Positions 7,287 through 16,718 of a stretch of DNA of 64,000 nt are shown piece after piece; position 1 is the first letter of the stretch, and the number at the start of each line of letters is the position of its first letter. Where the stretch lies: the NCBI GenBank assembly GCA_026387175.1, contig JAPLME010000002.1, forward strand, positions 12,780-76,779, in the 5' to 3' direction. Made by a program: the position numbers and the translations under genes. Under the pieces are notes generated by a model. The model saw only the letters and a program-made list of their open reading frames with translations, did no database searches and was not told where the DNA came from. Origin of the DNA: Candidatus Omnitrophota bacterium. GTDB taxonomy: Bacteria; Omnitrophota; Gorgyraeia; 2-01-FULL-45-10.

Positions 7287-10200
7287 ATGATTACCTATAA
7301 GCATAGATATAACCTACTATTTAAAGCTATCGCAGCAGCTGTAGTGTTTCTATTTGTAGCTAATGACATAGCCTGGACTCAGCTTTCCAATTGTGACTCT
7401 TCGAAAAGTTCTACACTTGCCCCCCTTGCAGGTAATCCTCAAGTATATAGCGCAATGCGCCAGATGATGGAAGAAGAACGTGTTCTACACCGGGAAGACA
7501 TGGATGAGGTCATAGAACGGCACGCTAAGAATGCAAAGGATCTATTCGATGCTTCCTCTCTAGAAGATCTCAAGAAAGAGTTTATGGAGCGCATTGTTGA
7601 TTGCGGCGCTAATAACATGCTGTCAAGGCTAAAGGCAACACTAGCTTCCACGGGAGGACAGGTTCAGGTCATATTCGTGAAGAGTGAAGATGAGCTGCCG
7701 GTATTTGAAGGAAAGAAAGTGTGGGGGCATGCCGGCACTTCCGTTACAGCATTTGCATTAGAAAGCGAGAAGGATTCAAAAGAAGGAAGAAGAGAGATAA
7801 TCGCAAGGCTCTTTCACGAGATAAGGGCGAGATCGACCTTAGCCGGTGAATTCGCGAACCTTACTTTTGCCACCCATGTAAATGCCATTAATAGAATTCC
7901 GCCGGTTACGGAAGCGAAGCCCGTGCCGCAGGCTATCGATATTACTAAACCCCTCCTTGTAGTTTTTGATCTGCATGGAACCCTCCTTAAGCCGAGCTGG
8001 AAAGAAGCTCACGCCTTAGCCTATGCAAAAATAAAAGATGTAAGCCAGGAAGAAGCGCTCATATGGCTGGAGAACCTTCCGCTTAAGCGCCTAAGATATG
8101 AGTTCATACAATTACTTTCCCAGGCCACCGGTGTTTCGGAGGCCAAGGCGCGAGAATATCTGAAATGGGCCCAGAAACACTGCGCGAGGATAAAGACGCC
8201 TGAGGTTATGCCCGGAGCGTTGGAATTTATGGAGGCGTTATATAAAAAAGGCGTGCCTATGGTCATTATTAGCGGATCTAAGAGAGATGTTGTAATGGAT
8301 CAACTCAGAGAACGCGGGTTTCTCAAATTCATTCCTGCAGAGATGGTGGTCTCCAGGGATGATGTCGCGCTTTCCGCTCCTCGTGCTAAAAATGATTCAC
8401 GATTCCGTGAGGCCGCTATCGAAAGCTTAACATATAAATTTCAGGGTTACCGCCTCGCGCACTTTAATGACTGGGTCGGCGGCATCCGATCCGTGAAGAA
8501 GCGCGGGGGTATAGCCTTTGGCCTGCCACAGGGCGAAGGAGAGGAAAAGGATTTGAACAGCGCGGCTATGGAGAAAGAAGGCGCTGATTTAATGATAAAT
8601 GGATGGCATAACTGGAAGGAGATCCTGGCCGGTTTACAGATCAATGAGAAGTTACAAAAAGAAAATAGGCGAGTCCCGGTTTATCTTAAGAAGGCAAAGG
8701 AGCTGCAGCTTGTGCTTCCTGCCCGGCGGCCGGATAAGTTAACCCTATTTATCGATGTAAGCGATGACCTTAGAGAATTAACATATTATGAAGTGGAAGA
8801 TGACGACGGGGTGATGAGGTATGACGGCAGTATTGATTATGGCCGGCTTAAATTAAGAAAGATCTGCCGCTTACCTAGCTCTTATCTTATTTCTCCGGAA
8901 AGATACATGAATAAGCACCTTACCGGCGAGGCGAAGGCCAGTATTTACCGTGTCTGGCCTCAAGGTAAGCGCTATACGCGGTATCGTAATATCATTACCT
9001 CCTGGGACAAAGAGGTTGACAGAGATGTCTGGACGACAAATATCGATACTGTCTATCTGCACAAATGCATTGAAGATTCCGGACTTCTGGATTTCGGAGG
9101 TATCAGCCGCGCAATCGAAATAGGTACAGGCGGAGGGCATCTGTCTGTATTGCTTGCCTCCCGGATTCCCAACTTAAAAGAAATTATCATTACAGACATC
9201 AGCATGTACGCCCTAGAGGCAGCCAAGCGGGTTATCATGCCCTTCATGAATAAAGGCTTGCGCCTGCGGACCTATTTAGGCAAAGGTTTAGGCACGATAA
9301 GGGAGGCAAAAGCGGATCTGGTCGTTGTCAATCCGCCGTATATTCCCACCCCGCCATTTATACAAGGCCGGCACGTCGATCCTTACCGCGGCACCGGCCT
9401 GATCAGGGAAGTGCTGGAGAAAGGGATCTATAAACTCAATCCCAAAAATCCAAATGCCTGTATCGTTATGAATGTAAGTTCAATGGCGCAAAAACAATTT
9501 CAGGAATATACCCGGGAGTTCGGCGATAACCTTACGGTGGAGAAATTCGGCGAGCCGCTCAGGGTGCCTCTTAAAATCAGCGGTATCACCGATGAGTGGC
9601 GACAATGGCTGGTTAATGAGGGAGGATTGGAATATAGTCCGAATTGCGCGGAAGACGAAGAGCCGTATCATCACACGCTTCAGGCTTATATTATCAAGCC
9701 AAGATCGGGAGCGGTGAAGACCTGGGCGGTAAAAGAGAAGGATAAGATAGAGTCGAATATTTATACGGATACAGACGCAATGATCAGGCTATTCCGGCCG
9801 CTATTGAATCCGCAAGCCACCCCGGAAGAGAATGAATTAAAGTTAAGATTCCCCGAGATCTACGGCTATCTCCTGCTGCGCCCGGAGGAGATGAATTTTG
9901 ACGCCGCGCCGGCCCCACTCGCGCCGGAAAGAAATCTGACGTTTACCAATCATATCCTTAAGCGCGGGTTTGGCAGGAAATTACTTGGTTTAGAGAATGA
10001 GGATTTTGAACTATTTCAAAAGGGACTCGGGGTCCAGGAGGCAGAATTCACGCGCCTATGCCGGATCGTCAGCGCCCTAAAAGATACCGATATTCTTCCT
10101 TATATCCGCTGCGCATTTCTTTATCATGATGTGGCTAAGGCGCAGCTGCCGGAATTAAAGAAAGAGTGGGAAAAGCTTCCCGGAATCGATTTCCGTATTT

Positions 10201-12803
10201 CGAATAAGGCCTCGGCGATAATTTTGCGTAACTTGTCTTCTCGGGCAAGCCGGAGAAAGGGGCTGTTTGAAAATATCGATCTGTTTAACAAGCACCCACA
10301 CAATGAAATTTTAAATGAATTCTTCTATCGTATTATTGAGACCCGCGGTTTTGCCGGACAGCAAATAAGGGGGGAGCTTTCTTACGATGTGTTTGAGGAT
10401 TTCACCCGATGGATACGCGACAACTTTTCAGAACTTCAAACTGCGCTTGGGTTTGAAAATAGAGACGCTCAGGCATGCTCCGATGGGATAACAGATATAA
10501 TATATCTTTTCAATTTCATTGATGCGGCGAGTTTGCGCGAAGGCCTGATGACCACGCGGCTAAACGAGAAGTTCCGGGAATTCTTCGCTGATTTCCGGAA
10601 GGTGATCACACCTTCTGCCGGCAATTTACCGGTTAACTGGCGGAATATATTGTCCGACCGCTGGAATGACTTTAGGACGACCTATGACCAGCGCAATTAT
10701 TTGAAGGATCGCCTAGGCCGGTTCCGCCAGGAGAGGCGCGATCTGGGCGAGAATGAATCGGAATTAAATGAATTTATCGATTCGATGAGCCCCGAGGCAG
10801 TTAAAGTTTTGACGCGGGATCTACAGCATTTTCAGGGTTGGTATGTGGAGAGCGCAACCTTTGGACTGACCCCGGAGGCGATGCTGAAGATCGTAATGCT
10901 TTCCATTGTCCTGGCAAAGCGTAAAGGCGCGGATTTGACCCGGCCATTTCATGTTAATTTCTTTAATCTTATGCGCATGCTTTCATCCGACCGGCACGAT
11001 TTTGATTCTTACCGCATCCGGATGGTTGAAACATTAGTGCGCGACCTTGATCTCGACGATATCATCCTAAAACCGGAGGTTGCCGGCCGCTTAGATCTAG
11101 ACGCCGATGATCAGTCGCGAGCCCAGCCGTTATTGGGTGCCGTGAGCATGGCGGTTAACGGTACGAAGTCCATCTCTTTCGATTTCCATTTCAGCGAAGA
11201 GGCGGAACACCTCCTCCACCTGGTGCATAAATACGAAAAGAGCGATTCGGTGAAATTCCACCAGGTCTTAAAGTTGCTCCTGGACGCCTATGGTATCCGT
11301 AAAGATGAATTTGACCGTGTAAGCAATGAAGCCTCATATCTTAATACTATGGCCTTATCCAAAAATGACAAGACGCGCTTATTGCGTTACGGAAAAGGCC
11401 CAGTTTGGGTGGATATCGGACCGGCGGACGGGGTAACCCTGGAGATCGCCGAGATGATGAAAGAAGAGAAAGGCCTTGAGAATATCGTCGCGGTGGAAAA
11501 ATCGCAGGAAGCGATTAACGCCCTGCGAAGAAGAATAAAACTAAAGAGTCTCTCCGCCATGGCTTTAAAAGGGGATGCCCGCGATTTGACGGATATTTTG
11601 GAGAATGCCGGAATTAAGTCCTCGAATACTATCATTTTTTCCGCCGTGCTGCATGAGATTTTCAGTTACGCCGGTAAAGACGGCCGCAGTTTTAATATTG
11701 AGACGGTAAAAGATGTGTTGCGTGCCGCGCTGCGCTCTCTCGCGCCCGGCGGCCGGCTTTTAATCCGCGACGGGCTTATTCCCGAAGATGGCGAAGAGAC
11801 GCAGATCTTGGAGTTAAAAGGCAGGAACAATAAAGAGGTCTTTGACTATTATGTAAGGAACTTTGCCGGCAGGGACCTCTCCCGCGCGTATGAGGTAATC
11901 GACGAGGATACATCAGGCGAGATTTATCGCATTCGCATGAAACGCAAGGACGTGATGGAATTTCTCTTTACGCTTACCTGGTGCTATCGGCCGCAATTTA
12001 GCCCTGACAGCCTGCCATATGAGGTAAGGGAACAGTATGGTGTCTTAACGCGAAGCGGTTATATTAAACTTATTCAGGAACTTGCCCGCGAAGAGAATAT
12101 AGACATGCGCGAAGTCGAAATGCCGGAAGATGAACGAACCTATATTCAGCAGGGCTATGTCGATAACCTGAAAGGAATCGCCCGGCTGATGACGCTCGAT
12201 GGCAAGGAAGCCCCCTTGCCGCCCAGCAATATGATGATCGTTGTAGAAAAAACCGATAAGGCTATGCCGCCGCCGATCGCGTTTGAAAAAGAGTGGGAGG
12301 CGTCGCGGTTGGATGCCGGCCAATTCCTTTCGGCGCTGTCTCCTATACTTGGATTAGAAACGGTTATAGACCATAATAAACCGATATTTGTATTTTCGGA
12401 AAAAGTCGCGTTCGATAATAATCTGGTAAGATGTCTTCCGAAACTTGCGGAGAAAGATATAAAGGTAGCGGTAATAGTCAAGGCTGATAATTATAAGGCA
12501 AAGGCTTTGATAGACAAATTGAATGAGGGCAAGACTGAGGATAAAAAGATCCTCCAGGCCGACACAATTGATGGTATAAGAAAAGCGGCGGCAGACGCAA
12601 AGATCTCCGCGCCAAGATTTTATTATTTCAGGATAAAAGATAGCGAAGATCCGGCATTTGAAGGACGCAATATCACGATGTATGATTTGACGCCTGATAT
12701 GGTCAAAAGAATAATAGACGCTATCGGCACTGCTTGCGGCGTAGAAATTGAGAAACTCCCGCTCCTTCAAGAACTAGCGCATAAGTTTGCGGAAGCCGCA
12801 TAA
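7287..12803 (+). CDS. 1838-aa putative secreted multidomain protein: signal peptide, unknown N-domain, HAD hydrolase, HemK/PrmC-like MTase, HD-like domain, class I SAM MTase, unknown C-domain
   Basis: Basic + hydrophobic N-terminus; VFDLHGTL; EIGTGGG...NPPY; LYHDVAK; VDIGPADG...LHEIFSY...PGGRLLIRDG. Confidence 0.8.
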   Translation: MITYKHRYNLLFKAIAAAVVFLFVANDIAWTQLSNCDSSKSSTLAPLAGNPQVYSAMRQMMEEERVLHREDMDEVIERHAKNAKDLFDASSLEDLKKEFMERIVDCGANNMLSRLKATLASTGGQVQVIFVKSEDELPVFEGKKVWGHAGTSVTAFALESEKDSKEGRREIIARLFHEIRARSTLAGEFANLTFATHVNAINRIPPVTEAKPVPQAIDITKPLLVVFDLHGTLLKPSWKEAHALAYAKIKDVSQEEALIWLENLPLKRLRYEFIQLLSQATGVSEAKAREYLKWAQKHCARIKTPEVMPGALEFMEALYKKGVPMVIISGSKRDVVMDQLRERGFLKFIPAEMVVSRDDVALSAPRAKNDSRFREAAIESLTYKFQGYRLAHFNDWVGGIRSVKKRGGIAFGLPQGEGEEKDLNSAAMEKEGADLMINGWHNWKEILAGLQINEKLQKENRRVPVYLKKAKELQLVLPARRPDKLTLFIDVSDDLRELTYYEVEDDDGVMRYDGSIDYGRLKLRKICRLPSSYLISPERYMNKHLTGEAKASIYRVWPQGKRYTRYRNIITSWDKEVDRDVWTTNIDTVYLHKCIEDSGLLDFGGISRAIEIGTGGGHLSVLLASRIPNLKEIIITDISMYALEAAKRVIMPFMNKGLRLRTYLGKGLGTIREAKADLVVVNPPYIPTPPFIQGRHVDPYRGTGLIREVLEKGIYKLNPKNPNACIVMNVSSMAQKQFQEYTREFGDNLTVEKFGEPLRVPLKISGITDEWRQWLVNEGGLEYSPNCAEDEEPYHHTLQAYIIKPRSGAVKTWAVKEKDKIESNIYTDTDAMIRLFRPLLNPQATPEENELKLRFPEIYGYLLLRPEEMNFDAAPAPLAPERNLTFTNHILKRGFGRKLLGLENEDFELFQKGLGVQEAEFTRLCRIVSALKDTDILPYIRCAFLYHDVAKAQLPELKKEWEKLPGIDFRISNKASAIILRNLSSRASRRKGLFENIDLFNKHPHNEILNEFFYRIIETRGFAGQQIRGELSYDVFEDFTRWIRDNFSELQTALGFENRDAQACSDGITDIIYLFNFIDAASLREGLMTTRLNEKFREFFADFRKVITPSAGNLPVNWRNILSDRWNDFRTTYDQRNYLKDRLGRFRQERRDLGENESELNEFIDSMSPEAVKVLTRDLQHFQGWYVESATFGLTPEAMLKIVMLSIVLAKRKGADLTRPFHVNFFNLMRMLSSDRHDFDSYRIRMVETLVRDLDLDDIILKPEVAGRLDLDADDQSRAQPLLGAVSMAVNGTKSISFDFHFSEEAEHLLHLVHKYEKSDSVKFHQVLKLLLDAYGIRKDEFDRVSNEASYLNTMALSKNDKTRLLRYGKGPVWVDIGPADGVTLEIAEMMKEEKGLENIVAVEKSQEAINALRRRIKLKSLSAMALKGDARDLTDILENAGIKSSNTIIFSAVLHEIFSYAGKDGRSFNIETVKDVLRAALRSLAPGGRLLIRDGLIPEDGEETQILELKGRNNKEVFDYYVRNFAGRDLSRAYEVIDEDTSGEIYRIRMKRKDVMEFLFTLTWCYRPQFSPDSLPYEVREQYGVLTRSGYIKLIQELAREENIDMREVEMPEDERTYIQQGYVDNLKGIARLMTLDGKEAPLPPSNMMIVVEKTDKAMPPPIAFEKEWEASRLDAGQFLSALSPILGLETVIDHNKPIFVFSEKVAFDNNLVRCLPKLAEKDIKVAVIVKADNYKAKALIDKLNEGKTEDKKILQADTIDGIRKAAADAKISAPRFYYFRIKDSEDPAFEGRNITMYDLTPDMVKRIIDAIGTACGVEIEKLPLLQELAHKFAEAA

Positions 12804-12887
12804 TCTCCGGTCTTTAATCATCGGACGACAATTTATGTAATTTAGTTTTTTTGTTACATTTGCATAACATATAGGATGATGAGAGAA

Positions 12888-12983
12888 ACCGCAACCCGTG
12901 CTAAAGCGCGGGTTTTTTTATTGGAATTATTTTAAAATAGTTTGCAACAATTTTGGCACTTTTAGCGTCTTTATATGTAGGGG
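12888..12983 (+). repeat. ~96-bp direct repeat, copy 4
   Basis: Near-identical to copies 1 and 2. Confidence 0.95.
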
Positions 12984-13016
12984 ATGAAACGACTATATAT
13001 AAAAAAGGAGGCAAAT

Positions 13017-13520
13017 ATGAAGAATCTAATACCTCGGGAGGTTATTGAGAAGAAGATATATCTCATCAGAGGGCGAAATGTAATGCTGTCCAGTGATTTA
13101 GCAAATCTCTATGGCGTAGAAACAAAAAACCTGAATTTACAAGTTAAGAGAAACATAAAACGTTTTCCCAGGGATTTCATGTTTCAAGTGACTAAGGAAG
13201 AAAACTTGAGGTTGCAATTTGCAACCTCAAGTTATGGTGGACGCAGATATTTGCCATATGTATTTACGGAGCAGGGCATCGCGATGCTTTCAGGCATACT
13301 CAATAGCGAACGTGCTATCGAGGTGAATATAGCTATTATGCGGGCGTTTGTGCGATTGAGGGAGATTTTGCTGACACATAAGGACCTCGCCGATAAAATT
13401 GCAGCTCTTGAACTTAAGTATAAAAATCATGATCTGAGGCTTTCGGAATATGATAAGCACATAACGGCCATTTTTGATGCGATCCGACAGCTTATGGCAC
13501 CACCGTCAGAACTCCCTTAA
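13017..13520 (+). CDS. ORF6N (KilA-N-like) DNA-binding protein
   Basis: RBS AAGGAGG; IYLIRGRNVMLSSDLANLYGV, RFPRDFMFQ, PYVFTEQGIAMLS. Confidence 0.9.
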   Translation: MKNLIPREVIEKKIYLIRGRNVMLSSDLANLYGVETKNLNLQVKRNIKRFPRDFMFQVTKEENLRLQFATSSYGGRRYLPYVFTEQGIAMLSGILNSERAIEVNIAIMRAFVRLREILLTHKDLADKIAALELKYKNHDLRLSEYDKHITAIFDAIRQLMAPPSELP

Positions 13521-13707
13521 TTCCACTACTCTTTGGGTTGTTTTTTGATATAATATGATACATAGACATGGCAATATTCTGGCCAAAGAAAGGTGATTAT
13601 GCGAATAATTGATGCCATATCATTAGGTATCGGTTCTTTCGGAGTCATTTAACTAAGATGAAGATAAGAAGCGGTGTTCTCGGAACCAAAAAGACGGCGG
13701 GCAATAT

Positions 13708-16620
13708 ATGAGCCGAAAGACGCCGCTCAGGACAGCCTTTTTAACCATTTCCATATTTCTCCTATGTTTTTCCGCCTGCGCCTACGAAGCCAAGACCCAC
13801 GGCAAGAGCGCGCGGTTGGCCTCAGAGCTTGTCCAGAGAACAGACTCCCTCAATATCTATAAAGAGCTTTACGACAGAGGTTACGCCAGCCAGATAATGG
13901 CGGGAGCCGAGGCAGGCGATTTCGGCAATGTCGACGGCAATAACCGTTCCTTCCGTCATTACTACGACCCCTACGCAAACACCTCCCAAAAAGGCCTCAA
14001 GTATTTCGATTATTATCAATTATGGGCCCATTTCGATGTCATAAAGAACCTTATCTGGCAGTCGCAGGGCAGGTGGATCGATGATATGGAGATCACGCCG
14101 CCCAAGAGCGGTTATTACGACGATGCGCTCGAGTGGGCCAGGAATAGCGCCGGCGCCGCCGATATGATGAACTGGGAAGGCGCGCTTCGCGTTTACGACT
14201 ATACGACGAGCTCGCGCGGCCAGGCCTATCGCAGGCTGGGCTATGTTTCGCATCTGGCGGCGGATATGGCGCAGCCGGACTACGTCTTTGGCTATCCCCA
14301 TCCGGGCTCGAGCTACCGCCGCGAGGAGGGAGGGAAAGTCTATTACGGCTTCGAAGCGCTGGTCGAGAATTACATCGACGATGTGGATTTTTCCGGGAAA
14401 GAGGTTAAGAAGCTCAGTTCTCTCGACGATTATTTTAACGAGATGGCGAGGGCCGCTAAGAGGACGGGCAGTCCCGCGCGTTACGTGCTTCCGCTGGGGC
14501 TTAAGACACAGACGCTTTCCGGCGCCAAGGATGTGGCCATTATCCCGGCGATAGACGACAGTAAACCGGGGGGACGTAAGAAATATCTGGATCTCGCCAG
14601 GGAACTTTTAGATCAAGCTGTCGAATATAATGCCGGCATACTGGAGCTATTTTACGATATCGTCAATCAGCCGCCTTATGTTGCGGACGTTACCGTTACC
14701 CAGAGCGGGGAAGGCCGCTATCATGGCTGGTATGAGGAGATGTATGACGATATCCGCGAACAGCTCGCGGGCGTGATCAATCCGGCGGTTTACAAGAGAG
14801 TATCCGCAAGGAGCCTGCGTAAAAAAGCCTCTCCGATAGATAGCGGCAAGAAAGCGCTTGTCCGCGTTACGTTCGGTCCGACTGAGGACATCGAAGAGCA
14901 TATCGATCCGGCGAGCGTTAAGGTCCTTGTCGGCGATATCGAGGTGCCAGGGGCCATGACCGGGCCGAGGACGTGGGAGGGCGAGTTCACTTATAATTTC
15001 GAATCCAAGGAGCCGGAGAAGACATTTCCCATAAAAATATCCGCCAAAGATATCCATAACCATTTTCCGCGCGCCGGCCTCTCCGCGCAAGGCTATGAAT
15101 TGGACTCGAATCCGGAAACACCGGCGAGGCTCTCCGGTTACGTGCCGCCCTATCCCTGGAAGGATTATGAGCCCGGGGCGGATGCTAACCATTCGATCGT
15201 GATACGGCAGATTGTCCCGCCTCCGATAGCGGAGTCGATAGAGGTATTTTCACAGGGCACATATTTTGTAAGATCGCGCTGGATAGCTCCCTCCGCGGCG
15301 GAAGCCCGAAAAGGCAAAGAGGCGCTCCTAGAAAAAGACTCTTCAGGCGTGAAGGACGGAGTGGAGCTCGGGAAGACCGACTCCGCGACGGTCAGGATCA
15401 CTTTTAGCCAGATAATGGACGATGGGACCCTGCGCCTTAAATTAGGCGGGGTCGATCTGCCGCTTTCCAAGACAGGTGAATTTACCTATGAAGCGATCAT
15501 CCCGCTGGAGGAATTTAACAGGCCCGGATCCGATCAGGCTTACAGATTTGAGATAACGGGTAAGGGGATATCGGGGCTTGAGCTTGACGCGCAGCCCGGG
15601 ACGGTCGCGGTCTTCAACGATAAAGCAAACCGTTGGATCGCCCTGGAATCCGGGCCGGATACGACGCATTCCCTGCGTATCTACGGGGAGTTCGGAAAGG
15701 CCGCACTTAAAGGCATCGTCCACGAGATGGAGCTCGTTTCTCCGTCCGGCCGCCCAGTGGCCGGCAAACCCCTCGCAGGATGGAACGTCGTCATATATGT
15801 CGGTTCGATAGAGGTCGATCAGTCTCTTTGCGAAGAGGCCCTGCGGCTCGCGCGTTTGGCGGGCATTGGGGAACATAAAGAAGACCCTAAGGCGTTAAAC
15901 CTCTTAAAGGATAAAGTGAAATCGTCGTGCCGCCTTCTTTACGGCACCATGCCGGGCTGGATCGTGAAGACCGACTCCGAAGGTAAATTTACGTTTCCTC
16001 TTTATAAGTATCCGGGGCTGGATGGAGTGATAGAGGCCTACTATACGTTCTTCGTATTTCCTCCCGATAATGTCGAAACCTACGATCCCCGTTCCATGGT
16101 TTCCGACACGCTGTCATGCGATATCTTTTTCCCGCGGGGCCGTTCGCGCAATTTAGACGACGTGTCTATCGAGATAGCGTTAACGGGAGAGAAGGGTGAT
16201 TATAAACAGTCGCCTGTTTTGAGCGTTTATGAGATAGGCGGGACGGTCTCCGGAGAGGAGATGGCCCCGCCGGTAAAAAACGGCTACACTACCGAAGTCC
16301 ATCTGATAAAACGCGGGCTCGATGAATCCAGGACCAAAGAGAGCGTAACTGCCTTAAGCGTCGATACGCATGACCGCCTTATCACAGGCGATCTCACCGA
16401 CCCGAAGAGCCATCAGCCGCCGTATAAGTTCAGGTTCAGCGAGAAGATCCCGGAGCACCTGGCGATCAACAGGTATGTGCGCATTTCCACCGGCAGCCTG
16501 GTGGTAAAGCCTGTAGGCGCGGGGCCTGTCTTATTCGAATTGAGCCCTAACGGGGACAGTAAAAAGTTCACGGACGAGGCCATAGATACATTGTGGAACA
16601 ATTTTACTGCGGGAAAATAA
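13708..16620 (+). CDS. Secreted protein with Zn phospholipase C/P1 nuclease-like N-domain and two repeated Ig-like domains
   Basis: Signal peptide; YEAKTH, RHYYDP, LGYVSHLAADMAQP, FEALVE; repeats ELDSNP..W...EPGADANH / ELDAQP..W...ESGPDTTH. Confidence 0.6.
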   Translation: MSRKTPLRTAFLTISIFLLCFSACAYEAKTHGKSARLASELVQRTDSLNIYKELYDRGYASQIMAGAEAGDFGNVDGNNRSFRHYYDPYANTSQKGLKYFDYYQLWAHFDVIKNLIWQSQGRWIDDMEITPPKSGYYDDALEWARNSAGAADMMNWEGALRVYDYTTSSRGQAYRRLGYVSHLAADMAQPDYVFGYPHPGSSYRREEGGKVYYGFEALVENYIDDVDFSGKEVKKLSSLDDYFNEMARAAKRTGSPARYVLPLGLKTQTLSGAKDVAIIPAIDDSKPGGRKKYLDLARELLDQAVEYNAGILELFYDIVNQPPYVADVTVTQSGEGRYHGWYEEMYDDIREQLAGVINPAVYKRVSARSLRKKASPIDSGKKALVRVTFGPTEDIEEHIDPASVKVLVGDIEVPGAMTGPRTWEGEFTYNFESKEPEKTFPIKISAKDIHNHFPRAGLSAQGYELDSNPETPARLSGYVPPYPWKDYEPGADANHSIVIRQIVPPPIAESIEVFSQGTYFVRSRWIAPSAAEARKGKEALLEKDSSGVKDGVELGKTDSATVRITFSQIMDDGTLRLKLGGVDLPLSKTGEFTYEAIIPLEEFNRPGSDQAYRFEITGKGISGLELDAQPGTVAVFNDKANRWIALESGPDTTHSLRIYGEFGKAALKGIVHEMELVSPSGRPVAGKPLAGWNVVIYVGSIEVDQSLCEEALRLARLAGIGEHKEDPKALNLLKDKVKSSCRLLYGTMPGWIVKTDSEGKFTFPLYKYPGLDGVIEAYYTFFVFPPDNVETYDPRSMVSDTLSCDIFFPRGRSRNLDDVSIEIALTGEKGDYKQSPVLSVYEIGGTVSGEEMAPPVKNGYTTEVHLIKRGLDESRTKESVTALSVDTHDRLITGDLTDPKSHQPPYKFRFSEKIPEHLAINRYVRISTGSLVVKPVGAGPVLFELSPNGDSKKFTDEAIDTLWNNFTAGK

Positions 16621-16718
16621 GAATATGAAGAGATGGTCTGATGCCGTGACGAATATGTAATTGTTTTGCCTTGATGGCAAACATCCTGTATAATATTACT
16701 AAGGGATGGTGCGTGACC

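Noticed and set aside
9897-9914. FDAAPA hexapeptide shared by both large scaffold proteins (also 17778-17795)
   Set aside because: Low-complexity linker composition and different relative positions; chance cannot be excluded
4859-12983. 96-bp repeats as a CRISPR array or classical integron attC array
   Set aside because: Repeats are too long, the spacers are gene-sized, there is no cas or intI gene, and no RYYYAAC/GTTRRRY attC ends
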